From Octopus vulgaris (Eukaryota), in NCBI GenBank assembly GCA_951406725.2, contig OX597825.1, forward strand, positions 31,496,001 through 31,560,000: a stretch of 64,000 nt of DNA, read 5' to 3'. How positions within the stretch are numbered: position 1 is the first letter of the stretch; each line of letters begins with the position of its first letter. A program made the position numbers and the translations under genes. A model generated the notes under the pieces. It had not been told where the DNA came from. It worked only from the letters and a program-made list of their open reading frames with translations, and made no database searches. Of the stretch, positions 28,886-42,559 are shown piece after piece.

Positions 28886-29228
28886 CGATCGGGAAACCCT
28901 CAGGGATAATACAGCAGCCAAGTGGACTACAGTGACAATGCGTGAAGATCGAAATTATTTGTGAATTCTTAACATGAATATTTATTTTCGAAGCAGTTCA
29001 AATATCGGGTTGAAGGTAAATTGGCCCTTTATGTATTCTGCATCAATAAATTCTTTTCTCGGTATTTCTCAAATACTGTAATTTTCGATTCTTTTGATTG
29101 CTGAGGCACTAAGTCACAAATGATTATCGAGAAAGGGCGGAGTAAAGTCGATTTGTTCGTTAACTCGCTTCAACTAATTTGCATGCTACAAAAATGACTT
29201 CACAAAAATGAAAAATAATAATTATTAT

Positions 29229-29301
<73 letters not shown>

Positions 29302-29303
<2 letters not shown>

Positions 29304-29620
29304 CTAACTCAGATACCAGGAAACCCCAAAATGGCAGAAATTCAAAAGATAGTGCTCATGGAAACTGCTCATATCCTACGCAAAATACTCTCTATGTAAT
29401 CCCAAAGTTTAAAACAAACTTTTTATTTATTTATTTATTTGTTATTTTTTTCTTTTTAATTTTATTTTTATGTATTAGACATTCATTAGTACAACACCCG
29501 CCCCCCCCCAAAAAAAATCCCCCAAATATAAGGCACAGAACTTCCAACCTGTTGTCTCTTGAGGTCTCTGGGTGAGACTTGGAGCCAACTTGTACAGACA
29601 TAAAGCAAAAGTCAAACATA
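29302..29620 (+). mobile_element. R4/Dong-like 3' fragment
   Basis: LTQIPGNPKMAEIQKIVLMETAHILRKILSM*; UTR matches 6120-6200; lies within (TAA)n. Confidence 0.85.
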
Positions 29621-29662
<42 letters not shown>

Positions 29663-29682
29663 CAACAACGACGACGACGATG

Positions 29683-29785
<103 letters not shown>

Positions 29786-30069
29786 CTTTATTAACCAAAA
29801 GTTTAAATTAAGAAACATATTATAGACAGCACAGGACAAAACAAAGAATGTGTGTGTGTGTGTGTGTGTGTTGTGAGGGTTTTACGTGTAAGCAAGACTA
29901 ACAAAATTTTTAAAATCAACAATGAATGATCCTCAATTGGGAAAAACCATGGGTACCCTGATTTTGGGAGCAGGTGCCTTTTTTCTTTCCTCTTTTCAAC
30001 TATTCTCGCCACTTTCATCCACCTTTTAGCAAACTGGCAAGTAATAACAATAATAATGATAATAATAAT

Positions 30070-30261
30070 CAGAATTTATAGTACATTGATAACCAGAATT
30101 TACTGCACCTTGACAACCAGAATCTACGACACCTTGACAACCAGAATTTACTGCACCTTGACAACCAGAATTTACTGCACCTTGACAACCAGAATTTACA
30201 GTACCTTGACAACTAGAATTTACAGTACCTTGACAACCAGAATTTACGGCACCTTGACAAC
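30070..30261. repeat. 8 x 24-bp tandem repeat CAGAATTTACTGCACCTTGACAAC
   Basis: Seen directly; abuts the 5' truncation point of the retrotransposon. Confidence 0.95.
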
Positions 30262-32223
30262 CAGTATTTACTGCCAGAACAGAAAGGTTGCAGGAAGAAG
30301 GATAGAGGAATACATGGTCTGTTACACATAGACAAAGCAGTTCTAAATGAAGTAAAAGCAAGAAAGAAAAATTTAACAATAGCATGGATAGATTATAGGA
30401 ATGCCTGACATGATCCTACACACGCGGATAAGTGAATGGTTGAGTACATTCAGTATAAGAGACAACATAAGAGAATTAATTAGATTTAGTATGCAGAAAT
30501 GGAAAGTAAATTTCTAGTCAGGTGACACACTCTTAGGGAAAATTAATATCAAAAGAGGATTTTTCCAGGGGTCTCGTTGTCCCCTTTTCGATGTTTGTCT
30601 TATGTTTGATCGCCCTCACTTTAGTATTAAGGAAGGTAAAGGTAGGGTATCAATTCAGAAACAGTAAGGAAAAAAGTAACCATTTGCTCTACATGGATGA
30701 CCTGAAACTTTTTAGTAAGAATGAAAAAGAGTTTCCTTAATGCTAACTGTAAGTCTTTTCAGCAAAGATATAGCCATGGAATTTGGCATAGATAAGTGCA
30801 CAATATTAGTCATGAAAAGGGGATAGGTGGTCAACAGCGAAAGCATCCAATTACCAGATAGCCAGACATTAAAATCATTGAAACGAGGAGAGAGTTATAC
30901 GTATCTAGGAGTATTGGAATCTGACAGAGTACTGACTATAGAAATGAAAATGAAATTGAGGAGTACATCAGAAGGGTGAGGAAGCAAATGAAGTCAATGC
31001 TAAATGGTCCGAATCTAGAGAAGGTTGTAAATATTTGGGCAGTATCATTACTTAGATACTCAGCTGCTTTTGTAGATTGGCCAAAAGCAGAATTAGCAAA
31101 GCTAGATAGAAGAACTAGGAAGGAGTTCAATATGATTGGAGGACTTCACTCAAGGGCAGGAATAGCAAGATTACACCTACCTACAAAGGAAGGTGGAAGA
31201 GGGTTTATATCAGTAGAAGACTGCGTGGAGTTGGCTAGAGTAGATATAGACTCTTATGTAGGTAATAGTGAATAATTAAAAGCTGCTAGAGTCACAGCAA
31301 GACATGGGGAAACTAAAACACCAAACGAACTTTAAAACCAGAAAAATAGAAATTATCTGACTTCCAGGGGAAGGCGTTGCATGGTAGATTCCCAATGATT
31401 GTTGTAGTGAGACATGGTTGTAACTGCAGAAAGGAAAGCTGAAAAAGGAAACAGAAAGTTTGTCAGTAGCTGCACAAGATCAAGCATTAAGGACTAATTG
31501 GATAAAAGCCAAGATAAACAAAAAACAAAATAGATTCTCAATGTAGGTTATGCAAAACAAGAGAAGAAAGTGTTACTCATATAGTAAGTGTATGTAGCAT
31601 GCTGGCACAGATAGAATATTATAAGAAAAGATACGACAACCTAGGGAGAGTAATCCACTGGGAGTTATGTAGAAACTTAGAATTTGAACATACTGATAAA
31701 CGGTATGAACATGAACCAAGTAAAGTACTAGAAAGTAAGAAATACAAGATGTTGTGGGACTTTAACATTCAGACTGACGAAGTCATAGAAGCTAGAAGAC
31801 CCGATTTAGTAGTAGTAGATAAAAAGAATATAATGGGCCAGATAATCTATTTACGATCCTAAATCATGAAATAATCAATATGAGAGGTATAGAAAAATAG
31901 CTAAGTATCAGGATATAGTCATTGAATTAGAGAGACTATGAAAGTGCGGGTAAAGTGTATCTTAGTAGTTATAGGTGCATTGGGAACTATCCCTAAAGAT
32001 CCGAACAGTTGGATAAAGGAAATAGGCATAAAACCCAGTTTAGTACAGCTCCTACCAGAAATAAGACCGAACTTAGTCCAAACCAAAATAATAATAATAA
32101 CAATAATAATAATCAAAGAATTCTTCCCAGAGTACTTGAAGCATAACCAGTAAACAAGTCTCACCTTAGTCTGTTGGCTGTGGACAGCTGATATCCAGCA
32201 AAATAAGCTGTGTTTTAATCACA
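30250..32223 (+). mobile_element. 5'-truncated, degenerate R4/Dong-like non-LTR retrotransposon (RT, CCHC knuckle, RLE endonuclease)
   Basis: Motifs PEQKGCRK, AWIDY, KRGFFQG, NHLLYMDDLKL, YLGV, EGGRG, AAQDQALRTN, CRLC..H..C, LWDFNIQTD..RRPDLVVVDK and VIGALG, with stops and frameshifts. TAA repeats at both ends. Confidence 0.92.
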
Positions 32224-32246
32224 TAATAATAATAATAATAATAATA

Positions 32247-32291
<45 letters not shown>

Positions 32292-32390
32292 TAATGATAA
32301 TAATAATAATTGGGCTTCGTATATTTTACCCCAGTGTCACTGTGATGGTATGCACTGCTCTCTCACTCAATGATAATAATAATATTAATT

Positions 32391-32476
<86 letters not shown>

Positions 32477-32547
32477 AAGAAGAAGAAGAAGAAGAAGAAG
32501 AAGAAGAAGAAGAAGAAGAAGAAGAAGAAGAAGAAGAAGAAGAATAA

Positions 32548-33035
32548 TGACTGAACGATCCAGGCTAATCGACGAGACATAATTATTAAAGACAGGGAAG
32601 AAAATACGTATACACTAATAGACGTAAGTGTTCACACTGATAAAAATATATTTTTCAAAGAATTTGACAAACTAAGTAAATATAAGGACCTAGAAATTGA
32701 AATACAGAAGATGTGGCATCTTAAAACGAGAACTGTTCCTGTTATTGTAGGTGCCCTAAGTATTATAAAAAAAAAGGGATCTCAGAAACATCTAGATCAG
32801 ATCCCAGGAGAACCATATCTCAGAGAAATCCAAAAGATTGTGCTGAGAAGTAATGCCCACAACCTTAGAAAAACCGAATCCATTTAAATGTCTGTGTTGT
32901 ATTAAATAAACATATTTCACTACCTCCTCTCCCCAAGCTTTCCGTCATACTGAAATATCTCTTATCCTTCACTCACCCTTGTACGCTGGGTGTGACTCGG
33001 CAAGTGATTGTTACAAACATGCAGATTAAAAGTAA
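32548..33035 (+). mobile_element. Second Dong-like subfamily, RLE domain plus 3' UTR
   Basis: IQANRRDIIIKD..LIDVSV..KLSKYKDLEIEIQKMW..VPVIVGAL..EIQKIVL; followed by (TAA)n. Confidence 0.85.
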
Positions 33036-33047
33036 ATAATAATAATG

Positions 33048-33145
<98 letters not shown>

Positions 33146-33152
33146 TAAATAA

Positions 33153-33202
<50 letters not shown>

Positions 33203-33218
33203 TATAGTAATATTAATA

Positions 33219-33292
<74 letters not shown>

Positions 33293-33293
33293 T

Positions 33294-33378
<85 letters not shown>

Positions 33379-34561
33379 TCATTCTGTCTACTATAGAACA
33401 AAGCTTGAACTTGGTGGAAGGGTAGTCGATTACATTGATCCTAATGCTCAAATGATACTTATTTTATCGACCCCAAAAGAAAGACAGGCAAAGTTAACCT
33501 TTCGGGAATTGAACTCAGAACGTAAAGAACTGGAAAAAATTCTGATAGCCAATTTGTCCGATGCGCTAACAATTCTACAGCTCGCTGCTTTACTCCTTTC
33601 TACTATAGGGACAAGGCCTGGGATCGAACGCACCGACCCCAGTACTCACTGGTATTGATTCTGCCGTCTCCGAAAAGATGAAAGCAAAGTCACCCTCAGC
33701 GGCATTTGAACTTAAAACGTAAAACAGTCAAAATGCCGCTAAGCACTTTGTCCGGTATGCTAAACATTTTGTCCGCAGTCGAAATGCTGCTAAGCATTTT
33801 GTCCGCCGCCTTAATAATGGCTTAAAACCTTGACACAGGACCAGTAATATTTGAGGGCAGGGGCAAGTCGATTACATCGACCCCAATGTTCAACTGGTAC
33901 TTATTTATCGACCTCAAAAGAATGGAAAGCAAAGTCGTCTTCGGCGAAATTTGTACTCTTGACGTGAAACCGGCAGAAATATTTCTAAACATTTTGTCTG
34001 GTATGTTAACGATCTTACTGTGTCACCGTCGCTTTTGGCTTCAGATTTTGGCAAAGACCACTATTTTTTAGAAGAGGGGTTCAATGAATACCATTAACCC
34101 TAGTCCTTAAACTGGTGCTTTATTTTATCGACACCGGCTGGGAAGAAGGATAACATGTAAAGTTGACCTCAGGGGATTTTGGACTCGGAATGTAAAGAAA
34201 CAAAATAAATACCACGAGGCACATTTTCCAACATTTTGACAAATCTGCTAATTTTCTTAATTTTTTTTATCTATTACCTGCCTTATTTTTATTTAATTCA
34301 TTTATTTTTATATACTTAATGAGTCACTGTCGAAGCCAGAGCGAACACCTGGCAGTTTCTTTGAGGGGAAACCAATCCTTAACCCACAACACTAAAAACC
34401 AGTTAACATGAAAACCTAAAGAAACACAAAACTTGCTTTTATAGTGAATACAACGCTTCTAACTTCAGTAATATCACAGACAATAAATAAACACTAGGTA
34501 AAAAAAAAAAACCCACCTGTTCCTTAGAAAAACTGAATGACCATATGACGGTAAAGATAAT

Positions 34562-34992
34562 GGATCTTTTCGGTTTGAACGGCAGTTTTTTCTAGCGGTG
34601 TCATATGAAATTGTCACCCATAATTATGACCCTAGTATCGATCTATTGCATTTCAATCTGTTTTAGGGTTAGGGTTAGTTAGGGTTAGGGTTAGGGGCGG
34701 GGGGAAGGGTATCTTTTTTCTTCAGCAATGTAAATAAACCTAATCTGTTTCTTAAACGAGGGACATATCCATTCCGTACAGAATGTTTTCACCTCAAATA
34801 GACGTCATTGATTGGTTGAAATTGCAGAAATTGAAGAAAAAACAATAAATATCTTACAAACTATAGAATTTTCTCAATAAAGCCAAGAGATAAAGATGTT
34901 TTATAAGCACATTCTACCAGTATACGAAGTTTAAAAGTGTTTAGTTACGTGGAAATTATTTTTAAAAACTGCCGCTCAAACCGAAAAGATCC
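34562..34992. mobile_element. MITE (same family as 17523-17931) with internal TTAGGG repeats
   Basis: TIRs present; TSD AAGATAAT/AAGATCAT. Confidence 0.9.
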
Positions 34993-35009
34993 AAGATCAT
35001 TAACTAATC

Positions 35010-36530
35010 AAGAAATCTATGATCGAATACAGTAAACAATGATGTGACTGAGCATGATCTATCTCCACATGCGCATCTTCGAAACCGTGGGCAAGATATC
35101 ACTAATGTTAAGCAGATACGTTAAATACATTTGGGGGAAATGAAAAGAATTCTTGATGATACAGACAAAAGACAAAATGATAAAATATTAACCTAACCAA
35201 GGCGGCGAGCTGGCAGAAACGTTAGCACGCCGGGTGAAATGCTTTGCTGTATTTCGTCCGCCGCTGCGTTCTGAGTTCGAATTCCGCCGAGGTCGACTTT
35301 GCCTTTCATCCTTTCGGGGTCGATTAAATAAGTACCAGTTACACACTGGGGTCGATATAATCGACTTAATCCGTTTGTCTGTCCTTGCTTGTCCTCTCTG
35401 TGTTTAGCTCCTTGTAGGCAATAAAGAAATAAGAAACGTTAGCATGTCGGGTGAAATGCTTAGCAGTATTTCGTGTGTCTTTACGTTCTGAGTTCAAATT
35501 CTGCCGAGGTCGACTTTACCTTTCATCCTTTCGGGGTCGATAAATTAAGTACCACTTGCATACTGGGGTCAATCTAATCGACTGACCTCTCCTCAAAAAT
35601 TTCGGGCCTTGTGCCTAGAGTAGAAATGAATATTAACCCAACCCCGTTGCATGAGAGGTATATTTCAAAGGACATCCCCACTCTATTTCTTTTACTGCTA
35701 GATACTAATAACTTAGGCTAAATTGTTAAGTAGGGCTGCAGTCGATATAATATATGTACCATGGTAGAAAATCAGTGATTTTTTGTGTATGGATGGCATC
35801 AAGTTGTACACTGCGGATGATGAACAACCAGAAACAGTGGTGAAGACTGTGCAGAGATTTACTCGAAAAACTGCTATGATGTTCGAGTAAGAAAAATGCG
35901 CCAAAGCACATTTGAAGAAGAGAAAATTAACAATATTAATATCATGCGAAATAAAAAGAGACAAAGATTAAATAGTTGCAACATACACAGACATAGGAAT
36001 ACTTTGGAATCAATGAATTAGACAGAGTAGAAAAGTCACAAGTGAACGAGTATTTAGACACGTTATATTAAAACGAAAGACGTGGCAGAATGCAAACAGA
36101 AAGGTAATAGACTTCAATACTTTAGTTGAGCAATACAAATAAGTTATAGTTGTAATATTCTCAATTGTCCGCTAAACAGGCAACCAAGACTGGAGGCAAA
36201 AAATGGGAAAATATTGAATTGATTGTTATTTAGATAACATCATCCCACACCTTAAAAACTTATACAGGACTAGAAAAATAATGGAACAATGGAAATATAA
36301 CTAATACAAATAGCTTCAAAACAAGGAAATACAAAACGAAAAACTATTTTCTATCTTCGAGAGAGCCAACAGTGACAAAGACAAGTCTGATGAAATAACA
36401 GACACTTCTGAGACAAAAAGGAACAATAACAGAAATCGTAAAAATGCTAAAAATTAAGCTAAAAGTAGGGGCTACAGAACGCCATACTAAATGAAGGTAA
36501 TGAAAGCCCTTTCATGGACAATGCACGAAT
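35010..36530 (+). mobile_element. Old R4/Dong-like RT relic interrupted by a SINE dimer
   Basis: Degenerate motifs RGIFQ, FLCMDGIKLY (the YMDD region), YFGINE and KP.HGQ. Confidence 0.6.
35201..35628 (+). mobile_element. Dimeric SINE family A
   Basis: Two tandem units inside one 15-bp TSD, AATATTAACC(T/C)AACC. Confidence 0.85.
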
Positions 36531-36611
36531 ACAATAGAAAGGAAAGATAGAAACAATACACTGCTCGTATAGTGAAAGCTTACAATGGAATTAATAATTA
36601 TATTTATCATG

Positions 36612-36992
36612 GGCGTAGGAGTGGCTGTGTGGTAAGTAGCTTGCTTACGAACCACATACTTTCGGGTTCAGGCTCACTGCGTGGCACCTTGGGCAAGTGT
36701 CTTCTACTATAGCCTTGGGCCCACCAAAGCCTTGTGAGTGGATTTGGTAGACGTACGTATGTGTGTGTGTGTGTTGTGTGTGTGTGTGTATGTTTTTGTG
36801 TGCGTCCCCCCCACCAACATTGCTTGACAACCGATGGTGGTGAGTTTACGTCCCCGTAATTTAGCGGTTCGGCAAAAGAGATAGATAGAATAAGTACTAG
36901 GCTTACAAAGAATAAGTCCTAGGGTCGATTTGTTCATCTAAAGGCAGTGCCCCAGCATGGCCACAGCCAAATGACTGAAACAAGTAAAAGAG
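36612..36992 (+). mobile_element. SINE family B
   Basis: Match to 3718-4154. Confidence 0.85.
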
Positions 36993-37918
36993 TATGGGGA
37001 TCAAATGCGGTTAAACCTCTCATTGATAAGTATAAGAATTTCCTTTCCTTTTTTTACATTGTGTAATGTGTGTGAGTGTGTGTGACTGAGTGTGTGTGTG
37101 TGTGTGTGTGTGTGTAAATGCGTGTGTCTTTGTGTGTGTGTGGGGGGGGGGGTGTACGCATATTGTAACAAAAGCAATTTTTTTGACATCTGTTAGATAA
37201 TTGTATGCTGACGTCATATAGGGACACCAGGAAAAGATTAGAAATATGTATGCATGACTATGTGCACGTCCACACCTATATTTATATGCACATATACAGG
37301 TGTATGAGTATGCACGTATGTACGTATGCATGCATGCATGTATATATGCTTGTCTGTTTCGTCAAACTAATACACTTTCTTGTTCCTACACTTGTCTTCG
37401 TGTTTGATTTTCTATAAATTTGAAATATTTATATGTGTGTGTATGTGTGTGTATGTATGTATGTATGTATGTATGTATATATTACATGATGAGCTTTAAG
37501 GAAGAGGTAGTGTTTGTGGCCTTCGCTTACCCTCCTGTTTTGATGCTAGTTTCGCTTCTTTTGAACATTTGCAAGTAAACACTTGCTAGAAAAACACGAA
37601 CAAGGAAGGAACTCCAGAGTTACAGCAGTCTGGCAAAGAAGGACTATACATAGGGATAAAATCGCAGTCCTTGGTTGGATGGATACAACCAGGGTGAGAG
37701 GATGACATACGAGTAGGCTTGAGATGGCATGTGTCGGCCCTACTCCAACGAACAGTGACCATTGTAGTCGCGGAAGAAAAGATAGAGAAATGAGACAGCG
37801 CCAATTGCGATCCGAGGACTGAAGCGTGTTAGTGGCTTCCAATTCTGTCGGGTGGCTTTTTTCAGGATACCGTGTCAGATATTTGTGTGTGAGTATACGT
37901 GAGAGCAATACTCCATTG

Positions 37919-38171
37919 CAGTGTTTCTCAACCGGGATCTGCGTGACCCTTTGGGATTCACATAAGATTTTGCTATTCAAATTTCTGTGCGATAAATCGG
38001 TTATACTTCTACAATACGCAGATTATTTTAACAATTTCTTTACACAGTTCCTTCTATTAAGTTATATATGTATATAATGGGACTTTTTAAAGATCGAATG
38101 TTTATTAGGGTCCAGCAGAGTAAAGTAGGAATCAAAGGAGTCCTTTGAGAAAAAATGGTTGTGAATCACTG
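37919..38171. mobile_element. hAT/Charlie-like MITE
   Basis: TIRs CAGTGTTTCTCAACC and GGTTGTGAATCACTG; degenerate 8-bp TSD CTCCATTG/CTCAGTTG. Confidence 0.7.
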
Positions 38172-38199
38172 CTCAGTTGTAAGCTTCACGTGCACTTAG

Positions 38200-38560
38200 T
38201 AGCAATATCTTATAGCGTTGATGAGAAGATGATGCGATTGTAGCTATTTTAAAATGTTCTTTTTCCAAGAGAGATTCCTCGGTGGTAATGCGAAACCCAG
38301 CGTGGGGGTTCAAGAGGAGCTCAAGATTGAGAGAATAGGATTTTGAGAGACGATAATGGTTTCATGAGATGAATAGCGTTTGTGTTCGTTTGCTATTGAA
38401 GGTGATGGAAAAGGCATTGCCCATTGTAAGAATATTTCGTGGTTTCTGTTCATGAAAACAATGTGTGTTTGGCGTATGGTATCTAAGTAGAGAATAGAAA
38501 TATGCGAGTTTAGGGAATACTAGAAAAGTGAAGGGTTGTCATCTACGTAAGAGTTGTCGG
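38200..38560 (-). mobile_element. LINE reverse-transcriptase fragment
   Basis: Minus strand SYVDDN, followed by ILQW..ITFNSKRTQTLFIS. Confidence 0.45.
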
Positions 38561-39154
38561 ATCCATCCCTTAAGGACCTTCAGCATGGAATCGGAAAAGC
38601 AAGAACCTCTTATAACATCCTTCATCCTTGCTTTGGAGAAATTTGGTAAAAACAATGTTGCCCCTCTCAACAACAGATAAGCTTTCAACCGTGTCTTATG
38701 AGTGTTTATGGTCTCCGCCGGTCTTTCATCTCTTGCAGCAGTAGATTTTTATCAGATTTTCGCGTGTCTTCACGGAACTCTTCCGGTCTCTCATTTTATT
38801 TAATACGGCGTGCGCCAGAGTTCCGTTTTGACATCCAATTTCTTGCTTCTGCTCATCAATTTATCAACATACATACATACATACATACATACATACATGC
38901 AAACATGCATACATACATATACATACATACATACATACATACATACATACATACATACATACATACATACATACATGCATGCATGCATGCATGCATACAT
39001 ACATACATACATACATACATGCATGCATGCATGCATGCATACATACATACATACATACATACATACATACATGTATACATACATACATACATACATACAT
39101 ACATACATACATACATACATACATACATACATACATACATACATACATGCATCT

Positions 39155-40065
39155 CAGTATTGTAGGAACACTTAAAGAGTGGATACACGACTTTCTGAAT
39201 ATCAGGCAGTAGTGGACAACGAAGTCACCTCTAAGAAAACACAAAGAGTAAGTAAAATACCACAAGGCACTGACTTAGGGCCATTGCAGTTCATAGTGAC
39301 CTTTTCTTACATGCCCTCAGCTGCTCAGATAGCCACCCTTGCTAGCTATGCAGAAGATACAAAAGTCTTTCAGCGGATATAGAACCCTAGATATATTGAG
39401 TACCTACAACAGGAACTGGACACAATATACAGGTGGAGAACAATAACTTGCAGTTTAATAATAACTGAGAACAATAACTGAGAACAATAACTTGCAGTTT
39501 AATGCTGGAAAATCCAAGCCCTGCGCTACCAGCACACAAAACTGAATGAAATGCAACCAGGATACACGCGCCCAGAAAGGACTGCAATAGCTCAATCAAA
39601 ATCAGTGCGCAACCTGGGCATTCACATGAGTAATGATGCATCTTTCCATCTGTATATTATTTAGCTGGCAATAAAATGCAGACGGCTGACCGTATAGATC
39701 CTTAGAACTTTCAAAACAAGAGAGCAAGAAACCATGATGGTGTCTGAAGGACATATGTCCTCAGCCACTCAGACTACTGCGCCCAGCTTTGGTCACAGCG
39801 TAAAATTAATGGCAGAACTCGAAGCAATCCAGCGAAGTTACGAAAAGAAGGTCGTCTCAGTGCAACATATCAGCTACTGAGAAGGGCTGAACAGGTTAAT
39901 ATTCTAGCCCCTGGAACGAGGTGAGAAAGATACGCAGTGATATACATCTGGAAAATCCTGGAAGGACTTGTATCAAACTTTGGCATTGATAGTTATACAA
40001 ACAGCAGAACGAGGCGCCACTGCATAGCATCAAATATCTCAATATCGCCATCAAGATATAGGACT
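39155..40065 (+). mobile_element. CR1-clade LINE relic (RT domain)
   Basis: WIHDFL, IPQGTDLGPLQF, YAEDTKV, RNLGI, ILRTFKTR, DYCAQLWS, LEAIQRSY and IYIWKILEGLV. Confidence 0.85.
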
Positions 40066-40396
40066 ATGTATGTATACATGTATGTATGTATGTATGTATG
40101 TATGTATGTATGTATGTATGTATGTATGTATGTATGTGTATGCTTATATATATAAACTTACAGATATGTAAGTATGCGTATATATACATAATTGTATGAG
40201 ATATACATATTCGTAACCACAACAGCAAATTACATCATCTGTTTTATTTGCGAAAACTATCTGGAGTTGATAGACGAAATCAAATATTTAAACCTTTTAG
40301 AACTGAATATGCATTATATATGTTTGTATAAATCGGTATATATACACATACAAAACATGCGCTTTCTTTGAAAACTTGTCAAAGATTAACGGAAGA

Positions 40397-40450
40397 AATA
40401 AAAATATTTACACTTTTAAGAGGTATGAGTGCATATATAATTGCATGTAA

Positions 40451-40514
<64 letters not shown>

Positions 40515-40791
40515 ATATAAATAAATATATTTATGAGCTCACCTATTCTTTGACAAATTTTTAAAATAAATGATGCAATTTTGGGACAGTGTTTCATATA
40601 TCTTTAATGATAATAAAATTTATGTGCGTGTTCCCATACAGGTTTATGTAAATGTGCAGATGCATATATATAGAGAGAGAGATATATACATTGTGTTCAG
40701 TTATAATAAGTTATAATAGTACAAGTTTACTATTTCATAAGCAAGAATGTTGTTGATAGTGACTTCGAATTTTCGGCCAGCTAAGCCATCG

Positions 40792-40823
<32 letters not shown>

Positions 40824-41049
40824 TGCATATGTGTGTATGTATATATATATTTGTATGTATATGTATATATATGTATATATATATATATATATATGTATAT
40901 GTGTATGTATATATATATATTTGTATGTATATGTATATATATGTATATGTGTATGTATATATATATATTTGTATGTATATGTATATATATGTATATATAT
41001 ATATATATGTATATGTGTATGTATATATATATTTGTATGTATATGTATA

Positions 41050-41101
<52 letters not shown>

Positions 41102-41169
41102 TATACATATACATACAAATATATATATACATACACACATATGTATACATACATACAAGCATACATACA

Positions 41170-41201
<32 letters not shown>

Positions 41202-41550
41202 CGATGGCTTAGCTGGCCGAAAATTCGAAGTCACTATCAACAACATTCTTGCTTATGAAATAGTAAACTTGTACTATTATAACTTATTATAACTGAACAC
41301 AATGTATATATCTCTATATATATATATGCATCTGCACATTTACATAAACCTGTCTGGAAACACGCACATAAATTTTATTATCATTAAAGATATATGAAAC
41401 ACTGTCCCAAAATTGCATCATTTATTTTAAAAATTTGTCAAAGAATAGGTGAGCTCATAAATATATTTATTTATATGTACACACACACACACACGTTTAC
41501 ATGCAATTATATATGCACTCATACCTCTTAAAAGTGTAAATATTTTTATT
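40397..41550. repeat. About 1.15-kb palindrome (arms about 490 bp)
   Basis: 40397 to ~40890 is the reverse complement of ~41075 to 41550, apart from microsatellite lengths and a few substitutions. Confidence 0.95.
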
Positions 41551-41551
41551 A

Positions 41552-41612
<61 letters not shown>

Positions 41613-41775
41613 ATGTATATTTATGTATCTATTATGTATATATTTGTAAGTATGTATGTATACGCACACATATAGAGAGATGCATATATGTATTCGTATG
41701 TGTGTATATATACATATATATATATATCTATATATACATATATATATCTATATATATACATATGCATATATATCT

Positions 41776-42047
41776 CACGTGACCGACCAGTCCATCAGAT
41801 GTTGTTACACATCGCTGGTCACAATGCGTTCGCATTGTTTTAGCCTTCGAATGACGCCACCCCGAAGAAAGAGTGGGAGAAAGAGTGGTGAAAGAGTACA
41901 GCAGGGATCACCACCCCCTACCGGAGCGTCGTGGAGCTTTTAGGTGTTTTCGCTCAATAAACACACACAACGCCCGTTCTGGGAATCGAAACCGCGATCC
42001 TGCGACCGCGAGTCCGCTGCCCTAACCACTAGGCTATTGCGCCTCCA
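41776..42047 (-). mobile_element. SINE with family C head
   Basis: Minus-strand TAGCCTAGTGGTTAGGGCAGCGGACTCGCGGTC and B-box-like GGTTTCGATTCC. Confidence 0.75.
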
Positions 42048-42211
<164 letters not shown>

Positions 42212-42424
42212 TGCGCGTTCGTATATGTATATGCGTATGTAGATAACGTTAGACACATGCACACACTCACCCCCCCCCCCCCATTAGCAAACAGAAATAC
42301 ACGTTTAACTTTAAAAGAGTAAATATTCTTAATGTTTGTGTTTGCTCATGCCCTAAAATGTTCTCAAATAAAATGATGCAATTTTCTGAACTAGTTTCAC
42401 TTTATCATATGATAACATTAATTT

Positions 42425-42559
<135 letters not shown>

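Noticed and set aside
30070-30261. CRISPR-like 24-bp repeats
   Set aside because: Head-to-tail with no spacers, no cas genes, eukaryotic context.
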